Shown in pieces: positions 18,507-29,217 of a stretch of DNA of 64,000 bases; position 1 is the first letter of the stretch; each line of letters begins with the position of its first letter. The stretch lies in the NCBI GenBank assembly GCA_963674965.2, contig CAXXFL010000007.1, positions 768,001 through 832,000 on the forward strand, in the 5' to 3' direction. A model generated the notes under the pieces. That model was not told the DNA's origin and did no database searches. It was given only the letters and a program-made list of their open reading frames with translations. The stretch comes from a bacterium. GTDB taxonomy: Bacteria > RBG-13-61-14 > DATKZS01. A program made the translations under genes and the position numbers.

Positions 18507-19781
18507 ATGGCGGACAAGGTAAAAATAATCAAGGGATTTCAGGACGTGGTCCCGCCTCTTAGCCTGGCCTACTCGAGGCTGGAGGACGCGGCCCGGTCCG
18601 TGTTCGAGCGCTTCGGCTTCCAGGAGATACGGCTGCCCGTGCTCGAGCGCACCGAGCTTTTCGCCCGCGGCATCGGGGAAGGAACGGACATAGTCGAGAA
18701 GGAGATGTACACCTTCCCGGACCGGCGCGGCCGCTCGCTCAGCCTTCGCCCCGAGGGAACGGCCTCGGTGGTAAGGGCCTACGTGCAAAGCGACCTGGGC
18801 AAGGGCGAGCCGGCCCGGTGGTATTACAGGGGTCCCATGTTCCGCTACGAGCGTCCCCAAAAGGGCCGGTACCGCCAGTTTTACCAGATAGGGGCCGAGG
18901 CCATCGGTCTTCCCGGTCCGGGCACGGACGGCGAGGTGGTGACGATGCTCGACCGTTTCTTCAAGGAAGCCGGAGTTAAGGGGGTCCGCCTCGAGATCAA
19001 CTCTCTCGGGTGCGGGAAATGCCGCCCGGCCTATCGGGCCGCTCTGATCGCCTATCTCGAGAAGAGGCGGGAAGACCTGTGCGAGGACTGCGCTCGGCGG
19101 ATGGTCCGCAACCCTCTTCGGGTGCTGGACTGCAAGGTCGAGGGATGCAGGAGCGCGGTCAAGGCCGCCCCCCTCGTGCTGGATTTCCTGGACGACGATT
19201 GCCGGGAGCACTTCGAGGGACTAAAGGGCGACCTTGACGCCGCGGGCGTCGACTATAGCGTGAACCCTCTTATCGTGAGGGGACTCGACTACTATACCCG
19301 GACCGTGTTCGAGGCCCTGGCCGACGACGGCCTTGGCAGCCAGAACGCGGTGGGAGCGGGAGGAAGGTACGACGGTCTGGTCGAGGAGTTCGGCGGTCCG
19401 CCCACCCCCGCCATCGGCTTCGCCGTCGGCGTCGAGCGCCTGGCCATGCTGGCGGGCGAGACGGCCTTGGCCCCGCCGCGTTTCTTTATTATCGCCTCGG
19501 GCGAGAAACCGAGGGAGGAAGGCATACGTCTCCTGGCCCGGCTGCGGGACGAGGGCGTCTCGGCCGCCATGCTGACCGACGGGGCGGGAAAGAGCTTCAA
19601 GGCCCAGATGAAGGCGGCCGCCAGGTCCGGCGCCCTCGAGGCGATCATCATCGGCGAGGACGAGATAAAGAGCGGCGAGTATACGGTCAAGAACATGAAA
19701 GACGGGGTACAAAGAAAAATTTCGGGGACCTCCCCGGAATTTTTCGCCGGGGCTAATAACAATCCTGAAGAACAAGGATAA
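18507..19781 (+). CDS. hisS: Histidine--tRNA ligase
   Basis: KEMYTF, LRPEGTA, FRYERPQKGRYRQFYQ, VRGLDYY, GGRYDGL. Confidence 0.97.
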   Translation: MADKVKIIKGFQDVVPPLSLAYSRLEDAARSVFERFGFQEIRLPVLERTELFARGIGEGTDIVEKEMYTFPDRRGRSLSLRPEGTASVVRAYVQSDLGKGEPARWYYRGPMFRYERPQKGRYRQFYQIGAEAIGLPGPGTDGEVVTMLDRFFKEAGVKGVRLEINSLGCGKCRPAYRAALIAYLEKRREDLCEDCARRMVRNPLRVLDCKVEGCRSAVKAAPLVLDFLDDDCREHFEGLKGDLDAAGVDYSVNPLIVRGLDYYTRTVFEALADDGLGSQNAVGAGGRYDGLVEEFGGPPTPAIGFAVGVERLAMLAGETALAPPRFFIIASGEKPREEGIRLLARLRDEGVSAAMLTDGAGKSFKAQMKAAARSGALEAIIIGEDEIKSGEYTVKNMKDGVQRKISGTSPEFFAGANNNPEEQG

Positions 19782-19853
19782 AATAAAGTTAAAGGACCTG
19801 ATGAGAATTGGCTTAAACGGCGGCCTGGCCGCCATTCTTAATAGAGGTGTTAC

Positions 19854-21668
19854 ATGAAACTTGACGTATTGGGAGATTGGAAACGGACTCACGACTGCGG
19901 AAAGCTGAGGAAGGGCGACGCGGGCGGCGAGGTCCGTCTTATGGGCTGGGTGCAGAACTACCGCGAGCACAAGGACGTGGTATTCTTCGACCTCCGCGAC
20001 CGGTGGGGCGTGACCCAGGTGGTCTATAACCCCGGCATCGACGAGGTCGTCCTGGAGAAGGCCCGAAAAGTCAGGAACGAATGGGTGATCGCCGTCTCGG
20101 GCAAGGTCATCCCCCGTCCCGAGGGGGCCGCGAACGAGGATCGGCCCACCGGCGAGATCGAGATCGAGGGAACGGACCTTAAAATCCTCAACACCTGCAA
20201 GACCGTGCCCTTCGTAATAGCCGACTCGGTCAAGGAGGCCCTGCTCGAGAGCGGGGTCCAGACCAGCGAGGAAGTCCGCCTTAAATACAGGTACCTGGAC
20301 TTAAGGCGCTATCAGATGCAGGAAAGGGTCATTAAAAGGCACCGGGCCATCAAGACGGTCCGGAACTATTTCGACGACATGGGCTTCGTCGAGGTGGAAA
20401 CGCCCTTTCTGACCAGGAGCACGCCCGAGGGCGCCCGCGACTACCTGGTACCCTGCCGGCTGCAAGAGGGAAGATTTTACGCGCTTCCCCAAAGCCCCCA
20501 GCTTTTCAAGCAGATGCTCATGGTCGGCGGTTTCGACCGGTACTACCAGATAGCCCGCTGCATGCGGGACGAGGACCTGCGCGCCGACCGCCAGCCCGAG
20601 TTCACCCAGATAGACGTGGAGATGAGCTTCGTGAGGCCCGAGGACCTTTTCGGCGTCACCGAGGGCATGCTGTCCGCCATCTGGAAGGAAATCGCCGGAG
20701 TGGAGATCGAGACTCCCTTCCCCCGCATGACCTACGACGAGGCCATCAGCCGCTACGGCACGGACCGGCCGGACACCCGCTTCGGCATGGAGCTTCACGA
20801 ACTTACGGACCTGATGGGCGTTTGCGACTACCGCTTTTTTTGCGAGGCGGCCGAAAAGGGAGGCTCGATCAAGGGCATGGTGGGCAAGGGCATGGCCTCG
20901 ATAAGCCGTAAGGAACAGGACGACCTTACCAAGTTCACCTACGATTTCGGGGCCAAGGGGGTGACCTTCTTCCGGATGAAGGAGGAGGGCTGGCACGGCC
21001 CGGCCATCAAGTACTTCAGCGAGGAACAGCTCGAGGGTTTGAAAAAAAGGATGGACATCGAGCCGGGCGACCTTATCATGATCATGGCGGACAAGACCAA
21101 GGTGGTCCACGACGCCATGGCCGCCCTCCGGGTCCATATCGCCCAGCAGGCCGGTCTTCTGGAGGGCAAGAAGCTGAACTTCCTCTGGGTGGTGGACTTT
21201 CCGGCCTTCGAGTACAGCGAGCCAGACGGGCGCTACTACTCGATGCACCATCCCTTCACTTCGCCCCGGGAGGAGGACCTGGACCTGTTGGACTCGGACC
21301 CGGGCAAGATTAAAAGCAACGCCTACGACGTGGTGCTAAACGGCATCGAGCTTGGAGGCGGAAGCATCCGTATCCACTCGACCGAGGTGCAAAGCAAGGT
21401 GTTCAAGGCCCTGGGCATCGGAGAGGAGGAGGCGCGGGAGAAGTTCGGCTTCCTTCTCGAGGCCCTGGATTTCGGCGCTCCTCCCCACGGAGGCATCGCC
21501 TTCGGCCTGGACCGGATCATCATGCTGCTACTGGGGGCCTCCAGCATCCGGGACGTGATCGCCTTCCCCAAGACCCAAACGGGAACGTGCCTGCTCACGG
21601 ACGCTCCCGGGTCGGTATCGCCGGAACAGCTAAAAGAGCTCCATATCAAGCTGGACCTTGACGAGTAA
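19854..21668 (+). CDS. aspS: Aspartate--tRNA ligase
   Basis: DLRDR, STPEGARDY, LPQSPQLFKQ, DEDLRADRQPEFTQ, GGGSIRIH, PPHGGIAFGLDR. Confidence 0.97.
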   Translation: MKLDVLGDWKRTHDCGKLRKGDAGGEVRLMGWVQNYREHKDVVFFDLRDRWGVTQVVYNPGIDEVVLEKARKVRNEWVIAVSGKVIPRPEGAANEDRPTGEIEIEGTDLKILNTCKTVPFVIADSVKEALLESGVQTSEEVRLKYRYLDLRRYQMQERVIKRHRAIKTVRNYFDDMGFVEVETPFLTRSTPEGARDYLVPCRLQEGRFYALPQSPQLFKQMLMVGGFDRYYQIARCMRDEDLRADRQPEFTQIDVEMSFVRPEDLFGVTEGMLSAIWKEIAGVEIETPFPRMTYDEAISRYGTDRPDTRFGMELHELTDLMGVCDYRFFCEAAEKGGSIKGMVGKGMASISRKEQDDLTKFTYDFGAKGVTFFRMKEEGWHGPAIKYFSEEQLEGLKKRMDIEPGDLIMIMADKTKVVHDAMAALRVHIAQQAGLLEGKKLNFLWVVDFPAFEYSEPDGRYYSMHHPFTSPREEDLDLLDSDPGKIKSNAYDVVLNGIELGGGSIRIHSTEVQSKVFKALGIGEEEAREKFGFLLEALDFGAPPHGGIAFGLDRIIMLLLGASSIRDVIAFPKTQTGTCLLTDAPGSVSPEQLKELHIKLDLDE

Positions 21669-22027
21669 AGTAAGGTACTGAAAAAAATATTTTAAGTCCA
21701 AATCCCGGGGTGGCCGGTATAAAGGCCGGACGAGGCCGGGGACAACTGGCGGCATGGCCTGGCACAACTGGTTGTTATAATAATGTTTTTTTGATTATTG
21801 GCGCCGCGAATGAGAAAGCCCGGATTTAACCGGCGAGGATGGGGCCCAAAGCCGCTTATATGCCGCGTGGATTTTTTGGAGTTGGGACTTGACAAACGCA
21901 TTAAGACCTGAAATTATATTAGTCAGGAAAAAGTGATTTTAAAGACGGGACGTTTGGTTAGGGCGTCCGGTCTTTAAAAGATAATACGCGGGCAGGGCTT
22001 GCCCTAAATAAAGAAGGAGGTATTGGC

Positions 22028-22651
22028 GTGAGAGAGTATTCAAAATCTTTCATGGTGGCGGTGATTATGGCGGTCGCTTTCGCGCTCACGTTGGGCGGGT
22101 GCGGCAAGCCGACCGACGAGATGCTCAAAGCGGAAGAGGCGATTGACGCGGCGAAGGCTTTGGACAATTACAAGGATTGTTCGAAGTCCGATATCGACAA
22201 GGCCGAACGTCTCCTTAACGAAGGCAAGGCGATGATCAAGTTCGCCTGCAAGTACGAAAAGGCCAAGGAGAAGTTCGAGGAGGCCTACGCCATCGCGGTA
22301 AAGGCGAAGGGAAAAGTTTGCCGCACGAAGCAGAAGAAGGTTAAAGTGAAAGTGAACAAGCCGGTGGACAACAGGGTACGGAGCCATACGGTCGTCAGGG
22401 GCGAGTGCCTGTGGTGGATTTCCGAGTATGACCAGATTTACGGCGATCCATTCCAGTGGCCCCTTATTTACGACGCCAACCGTAGCGAGATCGACTCCAC
22501 GGCCCACAGGTATGGCCATTGGCGCAATGAGGAAGACTGGATTTATCCGGGCCAGGTTTTCTCCATTCCTCGGGACATGTCCCTCGACGAGATCAAGGAC
22601 GCCAGGCGCCGCGCCGGAGCTCCCGCTCCTTACATGCCGCCTGGAAAATAA
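22028..22651 (+). CDS. Lipoprotein with helical N-terminal domain and C-terminal LysM domain
   Basis: Lipobox LGGC; HTVVRGECLWWIS..IYGDPFQWPLIYDAN..IYPGQVFSIP; AAGGAGG Shine-Dalgarno. Confidence 0.85.
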   Translation: MREYSKSFMVAVIMAVAFALTLGGCGKPTDEMLKAEEAIDAAKALDNYKDCSKSDIDKAERLLNEGKAMIKFACKYEKAKEKFEEAYAIAVKAKGKVCRTKQKKVKVKVNKPVDNRVRSHTVVRGECLWWISEYDQIYGDPFQWPLIYDANRSEIDSTAHRYGHWRNEEDWIYPGQVFSIPRDMSLDEIKDARRRAGAPAPYMPPGK

Positions 22652-22672
22652 CCCAAGCTAACTGAATTATAG

Positions 22673-22708
22673 AAAAAAAGTCCCCCGCCCCGGCGGGGGA
22701 CTTTTTTT
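22673..22708 (+). terminator. Rho-independent terminator
   Basis: AAAAAAAGTCCCCCGCC-CC-GGCGGGGGACTTTTTTT. Confidence 0.9.
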
Positions 22709-22743
22709 CTGGTCCATTTTATCCCGCCGCCTCGCGAGCGGGC

Positions 22744-22772
22744 TTGATTCCATCGGGGCGCTGCATTATATT
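22744..22772 (+). promoter_or_regulatory. Putative sigma70 promoter
   Basis: TTGATT-N17-TATATT upstream of 22827. Confidence 0.5.
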
Positions 22773-22826
22773 ATGGTTGCCTCGGAACCAGGAGTAGACT
22801 GAAGCTTTCATAAGGAGTGAAGCGAC

Positions 22827-23060
22827 TTGAAACTAAACGGGGACATAGTATGGCTTTGGCTGGCGCTGGGCCTTGTCATGGCCATTACCGGCGGAGGATT
22901 CAAGGCCCATGAAATCTATACCACCAACGGCGTGCTCGAGTTCCTGCTTTTCAGGGGTTGGTCCTATATCCTTATGATCGCGGGGACCGTATTGATAATA
23001 CTCGGACTGGGCCACGACCTGTTATTCCGAGGACGAGGCGAGACGGTACAACCGGAATAA
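22827..23060 (+). CDS. Small two-TM hypothetical membrane protein
   Basis: AAGGAG before the TTG start; two hydrophobic helices; ends 10 nt before the protease gene. Confidence 0.65.
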   Translation: MKLNGDIVWLWLALGLVMAITGGGFKAHEIYTTNGVLEFLLFRGWSYILMIAGTVLIILGLGHDLLFRGRGETVQPE

Positions 23061-23070
23061 AGGCGGGGCA

Positions 23071-24474
23071 TTGGCGGAAAAGCATGGAGATAAACGCGGC
23101 CTATTAAACAACGTCTTATGGCTGGCCGCTCTATTGGCCCTCCTGGCCGCCATCGGCCACGTCTGGAAGAACGGGCTGGATTTTTTCAAGCCGTCCCGTG
23201 AATCGGCGGTCGTCAAGGTTTTCAGGAGCGCCTCGCCGGCGGTCGTCAACATTACGGCCGAGCCTCATCCCGACGGGCAATACGGCTTCAGCGATTTATT
23301 GAGAAGGTTTTACGGACTTCCTCAGGAGAAACTCGAGCTTAACTATGGAAGCGGAATTATCGTCGATCCCGAGGGGTTCATACTGACCAATGAACACGTG
23401 ATAAACAACACGGCCTCGATCAAGGTCAAGCTGGTTGACGGGCGCACCACCGAGGCCGAGGTTTGGGGAACGGACCCGTCCCTGGATCTGGCGGTCCTGA
23501 AGGTTAACGTCGACTGGACCCTTCCCTATCTGGACATGGGTTCCTCAAAGGACCTGATGATCGGGGAACAGGTAATAGTCATAGGCAACCCTCTGGGGCT
23601 GGGCCATACCTGCACCACGGGAATAATCAGTTCCCTTCACCGCGCGGTCAGGGCGGGGGGCAGGCTGTATCGGGACCTTGTCCAGATCGACGCGGCCGTG
23701 AACCCCGGAAACAGCGGCGGACCGCTGCTCAATATAAGGGGCGAGTTGATCGGCGTAACCTCGGCCCTCAGCCCCGAGGCCGAGGGCATCGGGTTCGCCA
23801 TTCCCATCGACCTGGCGCGCCAGGCGGTGGACAGTTTAATCGAGTTCCGTTACGTGCCCAGCGGCTGGATAGGATTGTCGGTCGAGGACTTCCAGGAAAC
23901 GGCGGCCGCTTTCGGACTTCCCGAGCGGGAGGGCGTGTTCGTCTCCAGGGTTGACCCGGACGGCCCGGTGGCCAAGGCCATCCGGGCGGGCGACGTTATC
24001 GAGTCCTGGAACGGCGAGCCGATCGGAAAAATGAGCGACTTCGTGTCTCGGGCCAGAAAACTGCAAGTGGCCCAGAAAGTCGCGCTCGGCGTTACCCGGG
24101 ACGGCGAGAGGAAAAAGGTCGGCATAACCGCCCGGGCCTTCCCCGAGTCCCTGGCCGAGGACTGGGTCCTTTGGCACCTTGGCTTCGAGGTGGAGGAAAG
24201 GCCGGCGTATTCTGGCGGCCTGGGTATGGGCGGGGACGAGGGGGGAGTGTATATCAGCAGGATCGCGCCCAATTCTCCAGCGTCCTCCTACGGTTTGGCG
24301 GTGGGAGACCTGATAATCGGCATGAACCGGGAGCGGGTGAACAATTTGGAGGATTTCCGCAAGGTCACCGCCAGGATGAGAGGACTCGAGTACGTCCTGC
24401 TCAGAATCAAACGGGGAAAATTCAGGGCCGTGCATACCACGGTCCCCATTAAGGCTGGAGGCGAGAGGTGGTAA
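23071..24474 (+). CDS. HtrA/DegP-family serine protease with two PDZ domains
   Basis: GSGIIV, LTNEHVI, DLAVLK, DAAVNPGNSGGPL, GIGFAIP; N-terminal TM helix. Confidence 0.92.
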   Translation: MAEKHGDKRGLLNNVLWLAALLALLAAIGHVWKNGLDFFKPSRESAVVKVFRSASPAVVNITAEPHPDGQYGFSDLLRRFYGLPQEKLELNYGSGIIVDPEGFILTNEHVINNTASIKVKLVDGRTTEAEVWGTDPSLDLAVLKVNVDWTLPYLDMGSSKDLMIGEQVIVIGNPLGLGHTCTTGIISSLHRAVRAGGRLYRDLVQIDAAVNPGNSGGPLLNIRGELIGVTSALSPEAEGIGFAIPIDLARQAVDSLIEFRYVPSGWIGLSVEDFQETAAAFGLPEREGVFVSRVDPDGPVAKAIRAGDVIESWNGEPIGKMSDFVSRARKLQVAQKVALGVTRDGERKKVGITARAFPESLAEDWVLWHLGFEVEERPAYSGGLGMGGDEGGVYISRIAPNSPASSYGLAVGDLIIGMNRERVNNLEDFRKVTARMRGLEYVLLRIKRGKFRAVHTTVPIKAGGERW

Positions 24475-24477
24475 TTT

Positions 24478-25257
24478 ATGATCGAAGTTGAAAACCTTAC
24501 CAAAAACTACGGCGACTTCACGGCCGTAAAGGACGTGTCCTTTAAGATCGAGCCGGGGGAGATCGTCGGTTTCCTGGGACCGAACGGCGCGGGCAAAACC
24601 ACGACCATGCGGATACTAACCTGCTACATGCCCGCCACCAGGGGAAAGGTCAAGGTGGCGGGGTTCGACGTGGCCGAGGACCCCATGGAAGTGAAAAGAC
24701 GCATCGGATACCTGCCGGAAACGCCGCCCCTTTACAGGGAAATGACCGTCAGCGATTACCTTCGCTTCGTGGCCCGGATTAAAGGCATGCACAAAAAGGA
24801 CGTGCCCCGGGCCCTGGACAGGGTAATCCAGGCCTGCGGACTCGAGGAGAAAAAGGACCAGCATATCCACAAGCTTTCCAAGGGTTACAGGCAGAGGACC
24901 GGGCTGGCCCAGGCCCTTATCCACGACCCCGAGGTGCTTATTCTCGATGAACCGACCATCGGTCTCGACCCCCGACAGATATCCGAGATAAGGTCGGTTA
25001 TCAAGGGCCTGGCCGGAAGCCACACGGTCATACTCTCGACCCACATCCTGCCGGAGGTGACGCTAACCTGCCAGAGGGTCCTGATTATAAATCGGGGCGA
25101 GATAGTGATGGACGGCAAAATCGAGGACGTGACCAAGGATGGAGACATCGAGCGTCAGTTCCTCAAGATCATCGGACAAGCCGAGACGGGCGAAGAGGAC
25201 TTGAGTCGTGAAACGGGGCCGGGGCCGGAAGAAGCGACCCAAGAGGAAGCGAGGTAA
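24478..25257 (+). CDS. ABC transporter ATP-binding protein (GldA-like)
   Basis: [34 protein letters not shown]. Confidence 0.92.
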   Translation: MIEVENLTKNYGDFTAVKDVSFKIEPGEIVGFLGPNGAGKTTTMRILTCYMPATRGKVKVAGFDVAEDPMEVKRRIGYLPETPPLYREMTVSDYLRFVARIKGMHKKDVPRALDRVIQACGLEEKKDQHIHKLSKGYRQRTGLAQALIHDPEVLILDEPTIGLDPRQISEIRSVIKGLAGSHTVILSTHILPEVTLTCQRVLIINRGEIVMDGKIEDVTKDGDIERQFLKIIGQAETGEEDLSRETGPGPEEATQEEAR

Positions 25258-25263
25258 GTTGAT

Positions 25264-26061
25264 ATGACGACGCTGGTTCTTCTCGCCAAGGAAATTAAAA
25301 GTCTTTTCAGTTCCTGGATAGCTTACGTTGTCCTCATTTCCTTCACGCTTCTGAACGGCATCCGCTTCTACTTCTATTTGGGCTGGTTCGAGTACTTGAC
25401 CCGCAAGGCCGAGAACATTGAGGAAAGCGTCTCGAGGCAAAACTGGAACCTTCTGGAACAGCTTATTTTTCCTCTATACGAGTCCATCCTGGTGCTTATC
25501 TTCGTCATGGTCCCGGCCATCACCATGAGGACCCTGGCGGAGGAAAAGAAACAGAAAACCGAGGAACTACTCTTTACCTCGCCCATAAAAACCACGGAAA
25601 TCGTACTGGCCAAGTATCTGGCGGCCTGCGCGCTTATATTCCTTATGATGGCTCCGGCCATCATGTACCCATCCATCGTGATGTATTACGGCAAGCCCAC
25701 GCCGGATTGGGGACCAATGGTAACCGGGTTCATCGGACTTTACATCCTTGGATTCTCCCTCGCCTCGGTGGGCCTGTTTTCCTCGAGCCTGACCGAAAAC
25801 CAGATCGTGGCCCTGATTATAGCCGTGGCCATCGAGTCGCTATTCTTCGTGCTCGGCAGGTCCACCATCAACGTGGACGTGGTCAGGATAGGAGACCTGA
25901 TAATCAACGTCGGCGCCTTTCTTTCGGCTTTCTCCCTCACCGAACACTACTTCCGCCTGCGCGCCGGAATAGTGAGGGCCAGCGACCTCGTTTATTTCGG
26001 GTCCTTTATACTGTTCTGGCTATGGGCCACGAAAAAATCCCTGGAGAGGGCCAGATGGTAA
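25264..26061 (+). CDS. ABC-2 permease (GldF-like)
   Basis: PAITMRTLAEEK, ELLFTSP, SSLTENQIVA; multiple TM helices. Confidence 0.88.
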   Translation: MTTLVLLAKEIKSLFSSWIAYVVLISFTLLNGIRFYFYLGWFEYLTRKAENIEESVSRQNWNLLEQLIFPLYESILVLIFVMVPAITMRTLAEEKKQKTEELLFTSPIKTTEIVLAKYLAACALIFLMMAPAIMYPSIVMYYGKPTPDWGPMVTGFIGLYILGFSLASVGLFSSSLTENQIVALIIAVAIESLFFVLGRSTINVDVVRIGDLIINVGAFLSAFSLTEHYFRLRAGIVRASDLVYFGSFILFWLWATKKSLERARW

Positions 26062-26125
26062 GCAAGGGTAAAACGGGATCGGCCTCGATCGAAAGCGGAC
26101 CTATCGGGCGGGAAGGTAATAAAGC

Positions 26126-27733
26126 ATGAAAAAAATGACGCAGATAGCGGGACTGGCCGGGATCGTGGCGGTGGCCCTCGGTTTTATGGTGGGAGCGGTG
26201 CAGCGCGAATGGAGCCAGGTCGTCATCGCCCACCTGGCCGCCGGCGCGGTCCTGGTACTGGTCGGGGCCGCGGCCAACGCCCCCGAGATCAAGGAGGCGT
26301 TGGCCAGAAGAGGGGCCAGGATGGGTCCCCAAACGGCGATTCAAGGCCTATTGATAATCGCTATACTGGTGCTCGTCAACGCCATCGTAATGCGCAACGA
26401 CTGGATAAAGGATTATACGCGCGGCCACATGTTCACCCTCGGCAAGATCACCAAAGACGTGGCCAATAACCTTCCGGGTACCATCCAGGTAATGGCGTTC
26501 TTTCCCTCCCGGGGCGGAGACGACGAGAGGGAAAGACTCAAGGTTTACGACGCCATGTTCGACAAGTTCCAGCTTATGTTTATCGACCCTGACAAAAACG
26601 AGGACTTGGCGCGAGCCGAGGGGGTCCCCCACCAGCCGGGAGTGCTGTTCAAGTACAAAGAAAAAAGCGTATGGATAACCAAGTACGAGGAATCGGATAT
26701 AACCAACGCCCTCATCAAGGTAACCAGGGAGACGGAGCCAAAGGTGCTGTTCACCACCGGCCACTCGGAGCCTGGCCTTGATTCCCAGTCTCCAAACGGG
26801 CTTTCCCGACTCAAGGAGATGCTCGAGCAGCAAGGATACAGTCCCTCCACCGCCGACCTCTCGACCATGCGGAAAATCCCCGAGGACGTCTCCATGATAG
26901 CGGTGGTGGGTCCCAGCATCCATTTTACTCCCGAGGAAATCAAGGTCCTGGACTATTACCTAGCCACGGGAGGAAACGCGGCGTTCTTCATCGACCCCGT
27001 CTTCGACATGCGCCTTTATACCGGGATCGAGCCTTTCCTTGACGCCTACGGAGTAAGGCTCCGCTGGAACGTGGTCCTTGACAGGGTCAATCACATGTCT
27101 CAAGACTCACTGGGACTGCAACTGGTGGCCAAGCTCAAGGAATCTTCCCATCCCATCTCCAGCGACGTCTCGGGAGACAGGGTGGTTTTCTATCTTTCCC
27201 GGGCCATGGTGGAAGCGGAACAAGTTACGGCGCAAACGAACCTTACTCCCCTGGTGGTGACCCACGATACAAGCTTTGAAAGGTTCATCGATCCCCAGGT
27301 CCTGATGGGCATGACCGATTCCGAGAAGACCTCGGAATACGTAAGAGACCTCCTGTCCGGAGAACCGGGCCCGAACGAGGAAAAAGGGACCATGGTCCTG
27401 GCTTACGCCGTGCAGAAAAACAACGCCGGCCTGCCCGAATGGAAAAAAAGAGATATGAGAGAAGACGACGAGACCCGGCTCGTGGTTTTCGGAAGCAGCG
27501 CCGTTTGCAGGAACATGTCCATTTACATGCCCTACAATTACGAGCTTATTATTAATTCTTTCAACTGGCTGGCCGGAGAAGGGGAACTTAAGGGCATCCG
27601 CTCACCGAGAAGGGCCGGCACCAGGATGTTCCTGGATGAAAAGCAAAAAGACGGCATCCTTTATATTTCCGTGCTGATACTGCCGGAATTTTTCATGATC
27701 GTTGGATTGGCCGCGTGGTGGAGGAGAAGATGA
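26126..27733 (+). CDS. GldG-like ABC auxiliary component
   Basis: Three N-terminal TM helices; D.T..FTL, IDPD, ESDITNAL, FTTGHSE; C-terminal TM helix ending WWRRR. Confidence 0.85.
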   Translation: MKKMTQIAGLAGIVAVALGFMVGAVQREWSQVVIAHLAAGAVLVLVGAAANAPEIKEALARRGARMGPQTAIQGLLIIAILVLVNAIVMRNDWIKDYTRGHMFTLGKITKDVANNLPGTIQVMAFFPSRGGDDERERLKVYDAMFDKFQLMFIDPDKNEDLARAEGVPHQPGVLFKYKEKSVWITKYEESDITNALIKVTRETEPKVLFTTGHSEPGLDSQSPNGLSRLKEMLEQQGYSPSTADLSTMRKIPEDVSMIAVVGPSIHFTPEEIKVLDYYLATGGNAAFFIDPVFDMRLYTGIEPFLDAYGVRLRWNVVLDRVNHMSQDSLGLQLVAKLKESSHPISSDVSGDRVVFYLSRAMVEAEQVTAQTNLTPLVVTHDTSFERFIDPQVLMGMTDSEKTSEYVRDLLSGEPGPNEEKGTMVLAYAVQKNNAGLPEWKKRDMREDDETRLVVFGSSAVCRNMSIYMPYNYELIINSFNWLAGEGELKGIRSPRRAGTRMFLDEKQKDGILYISVLILPEFFMIVGLAAWWRRR

Positions 27734-29217
27734 AGAAAACACTTTTAGTGACGCTGGGACTTTTGCTGGTCGCGGCCGCCCTTGGCGTGTACGTAATAAA
27801 AACAAAACCCAAGGAGACCCAAAAGAAGGGCGACTGGGAGCCGGAGCTACTAGTCGATCCCCAGGCCGATCTAACCAGACTGACCCTTATAAGACCCGAG
27901 GACAAGATCGTTATCGAGAAAATCAAGGGGACAGACCAGTGGAAACTGGCCGAGCCGGTCCAATCCTTCGTCGAGCCCTACTTTGTGCTGCCAATCATAG
28001 GAGACCTGACCAATCTGAAGCGGGAAAAGATCATCAGTATCAAACCCGAGACCTTGACCATTTATCAGTTGGACGATCCCATGCTCGAGGTGATCTACGA
28101 GTTTGGCGACGGTAGCGACCCGATAAAGCTCTCGGTAGGAAAGTTGAACTATACCAGGGACTTTTATTACGCCAAGCTAGACAATAGCGACACCGTATTT
28201 CTGGTGGCCCCGACCGTCCACCTGGCGGCCCAGGCCCCCATGGACGCCTTCAGGTCCAAAATCCTCCTGTATCATGAAGCCTCGGACGTTGGTTCCTTCC
28301 AGATTAAAATCGAGGACCCGGATTACAAAACCAGGTTCGGTAACGCCCTCGAGCCCAAGCTGGTCATTCAGGGACGGGCGGACGAGAAACCCCAGTGGGT
28401 TATCGTCAGCCCCATCCATGAGAACGCCAACTTCAAAATGGTGGACAACTTTTTCCTCGGCTTTAAAAACACCTCGGCCTTGACGGTAATCGACGTTCCC
28501 GACGACAAGCTTTCCGAATACGGCCTGGATCCCCCCAAGGTCAGGATCGGACTTATCATGAGAAACGGAGAAAAAGAGGAAATCCAGCTTGGAGGGATGG
28601 ACGAAACGGGGACCATTATGTACGCCAGAAACGCCGGGGGAAACGAGGTCCTCCCCTTGCCCATCGAAGCGGCCACCAGAATTATCGTCGCCCATTTCAG
28701 GATGCCCCATAAGTTCACCCTCGCCCTGGGACTACAGATGGTGAGGATGGAGGTATCCTCGCCGGAAATCGAAAACGGGGGCTTCGTCATCGTCTCCGAC
28801 GGCAAGGGCGGCTATCATCTCGATAACCAGCCGGACAAGATCGTACTGCCCCAGGGGATTAATTATTTCTTAAAGCCTTTCGCCAACGAGGAAAGCTATT
28901 ACATCCGGCACAACGAACCCTTCGATTTGCCAAGCTACGGGATCGAGCCCGCGAGAATGAGGATAAAGGTCACGGGCCCCAAAAACGAGTTGCTTGACGT
29001 ATCCATCGGAGTCGCGGCCAAGCAGGGAGACGATTTAGCCACCTTCTATTTCGACCATTTGCAAAAAAGCGTTTTCATGATAAAAAAGGACATATTGAGC
29101 GGCATGCCCCTTACGGAAAAAGACCTGGTCGCCACGCCGGAGGAAGTACAGAAACGAAACGATTTCCTCCAGAAAAAGCATAGAAGAAGAAAAAATATGT
29201 TGGAGAGAAATAAATGA
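27730..29217 (+). CDS. DUF4340-like periplasmic protein
   Basis: N-terminal TM helix; repeated W....P and YGLD.P units; ATGA overlap with the gldG-like gene. Confidence 0.75.
   Translation: MKKTLLVTLGLLLVAAALGVYVIKTKPKETQKKGDWEPELLVDPQADLTRLTLIRPEDKIVIEKIKGTDQWKLAEPVQSFVEPYFVLPIIGDLTNLKREKIISIKPETLTIYQLDDPMLEVIYEFGDGSDPIKLSVGKLNYTRDFYYAKLDNSDTVFLVAPTVHLAAQAPMDAFRSKILLYHEASDVGSFQIKIEDPDYKTRFGNALEPKLVIQGRADEKPQWVIVSPIHENANFKMVDNFFLGFKNTSALTVIDVPDDKLSEYGLDPPKVRIGLIMRNGEKEEIQLGGMDETGTIMYARNAGGNEVLPLPIEAATRIIVAHFRMPHKFTLALGLQMVRMEVSSPEIENGGFVIVSDGKGGYHLDNQPDKIVLPQGINYFLKPFANEESYYIRHNEPFDLPSYGIEPARMRIKVTGPKNELLDVSIGVAAKQGDDLATFYFDHLQKSVFMIKKDILSGMPLTEKDLVATPEEVQKRNDFLQKKHRRRKNMLERNK

Noticed and set aside
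21669-22027. Long intergenic region with small hairpins, possibly an ncRNA or tRNA
   Set aside because: No tRNA T-loop or cloverleaf and no recognisable riboswitch; consistent with a promoter and 5' UTR.
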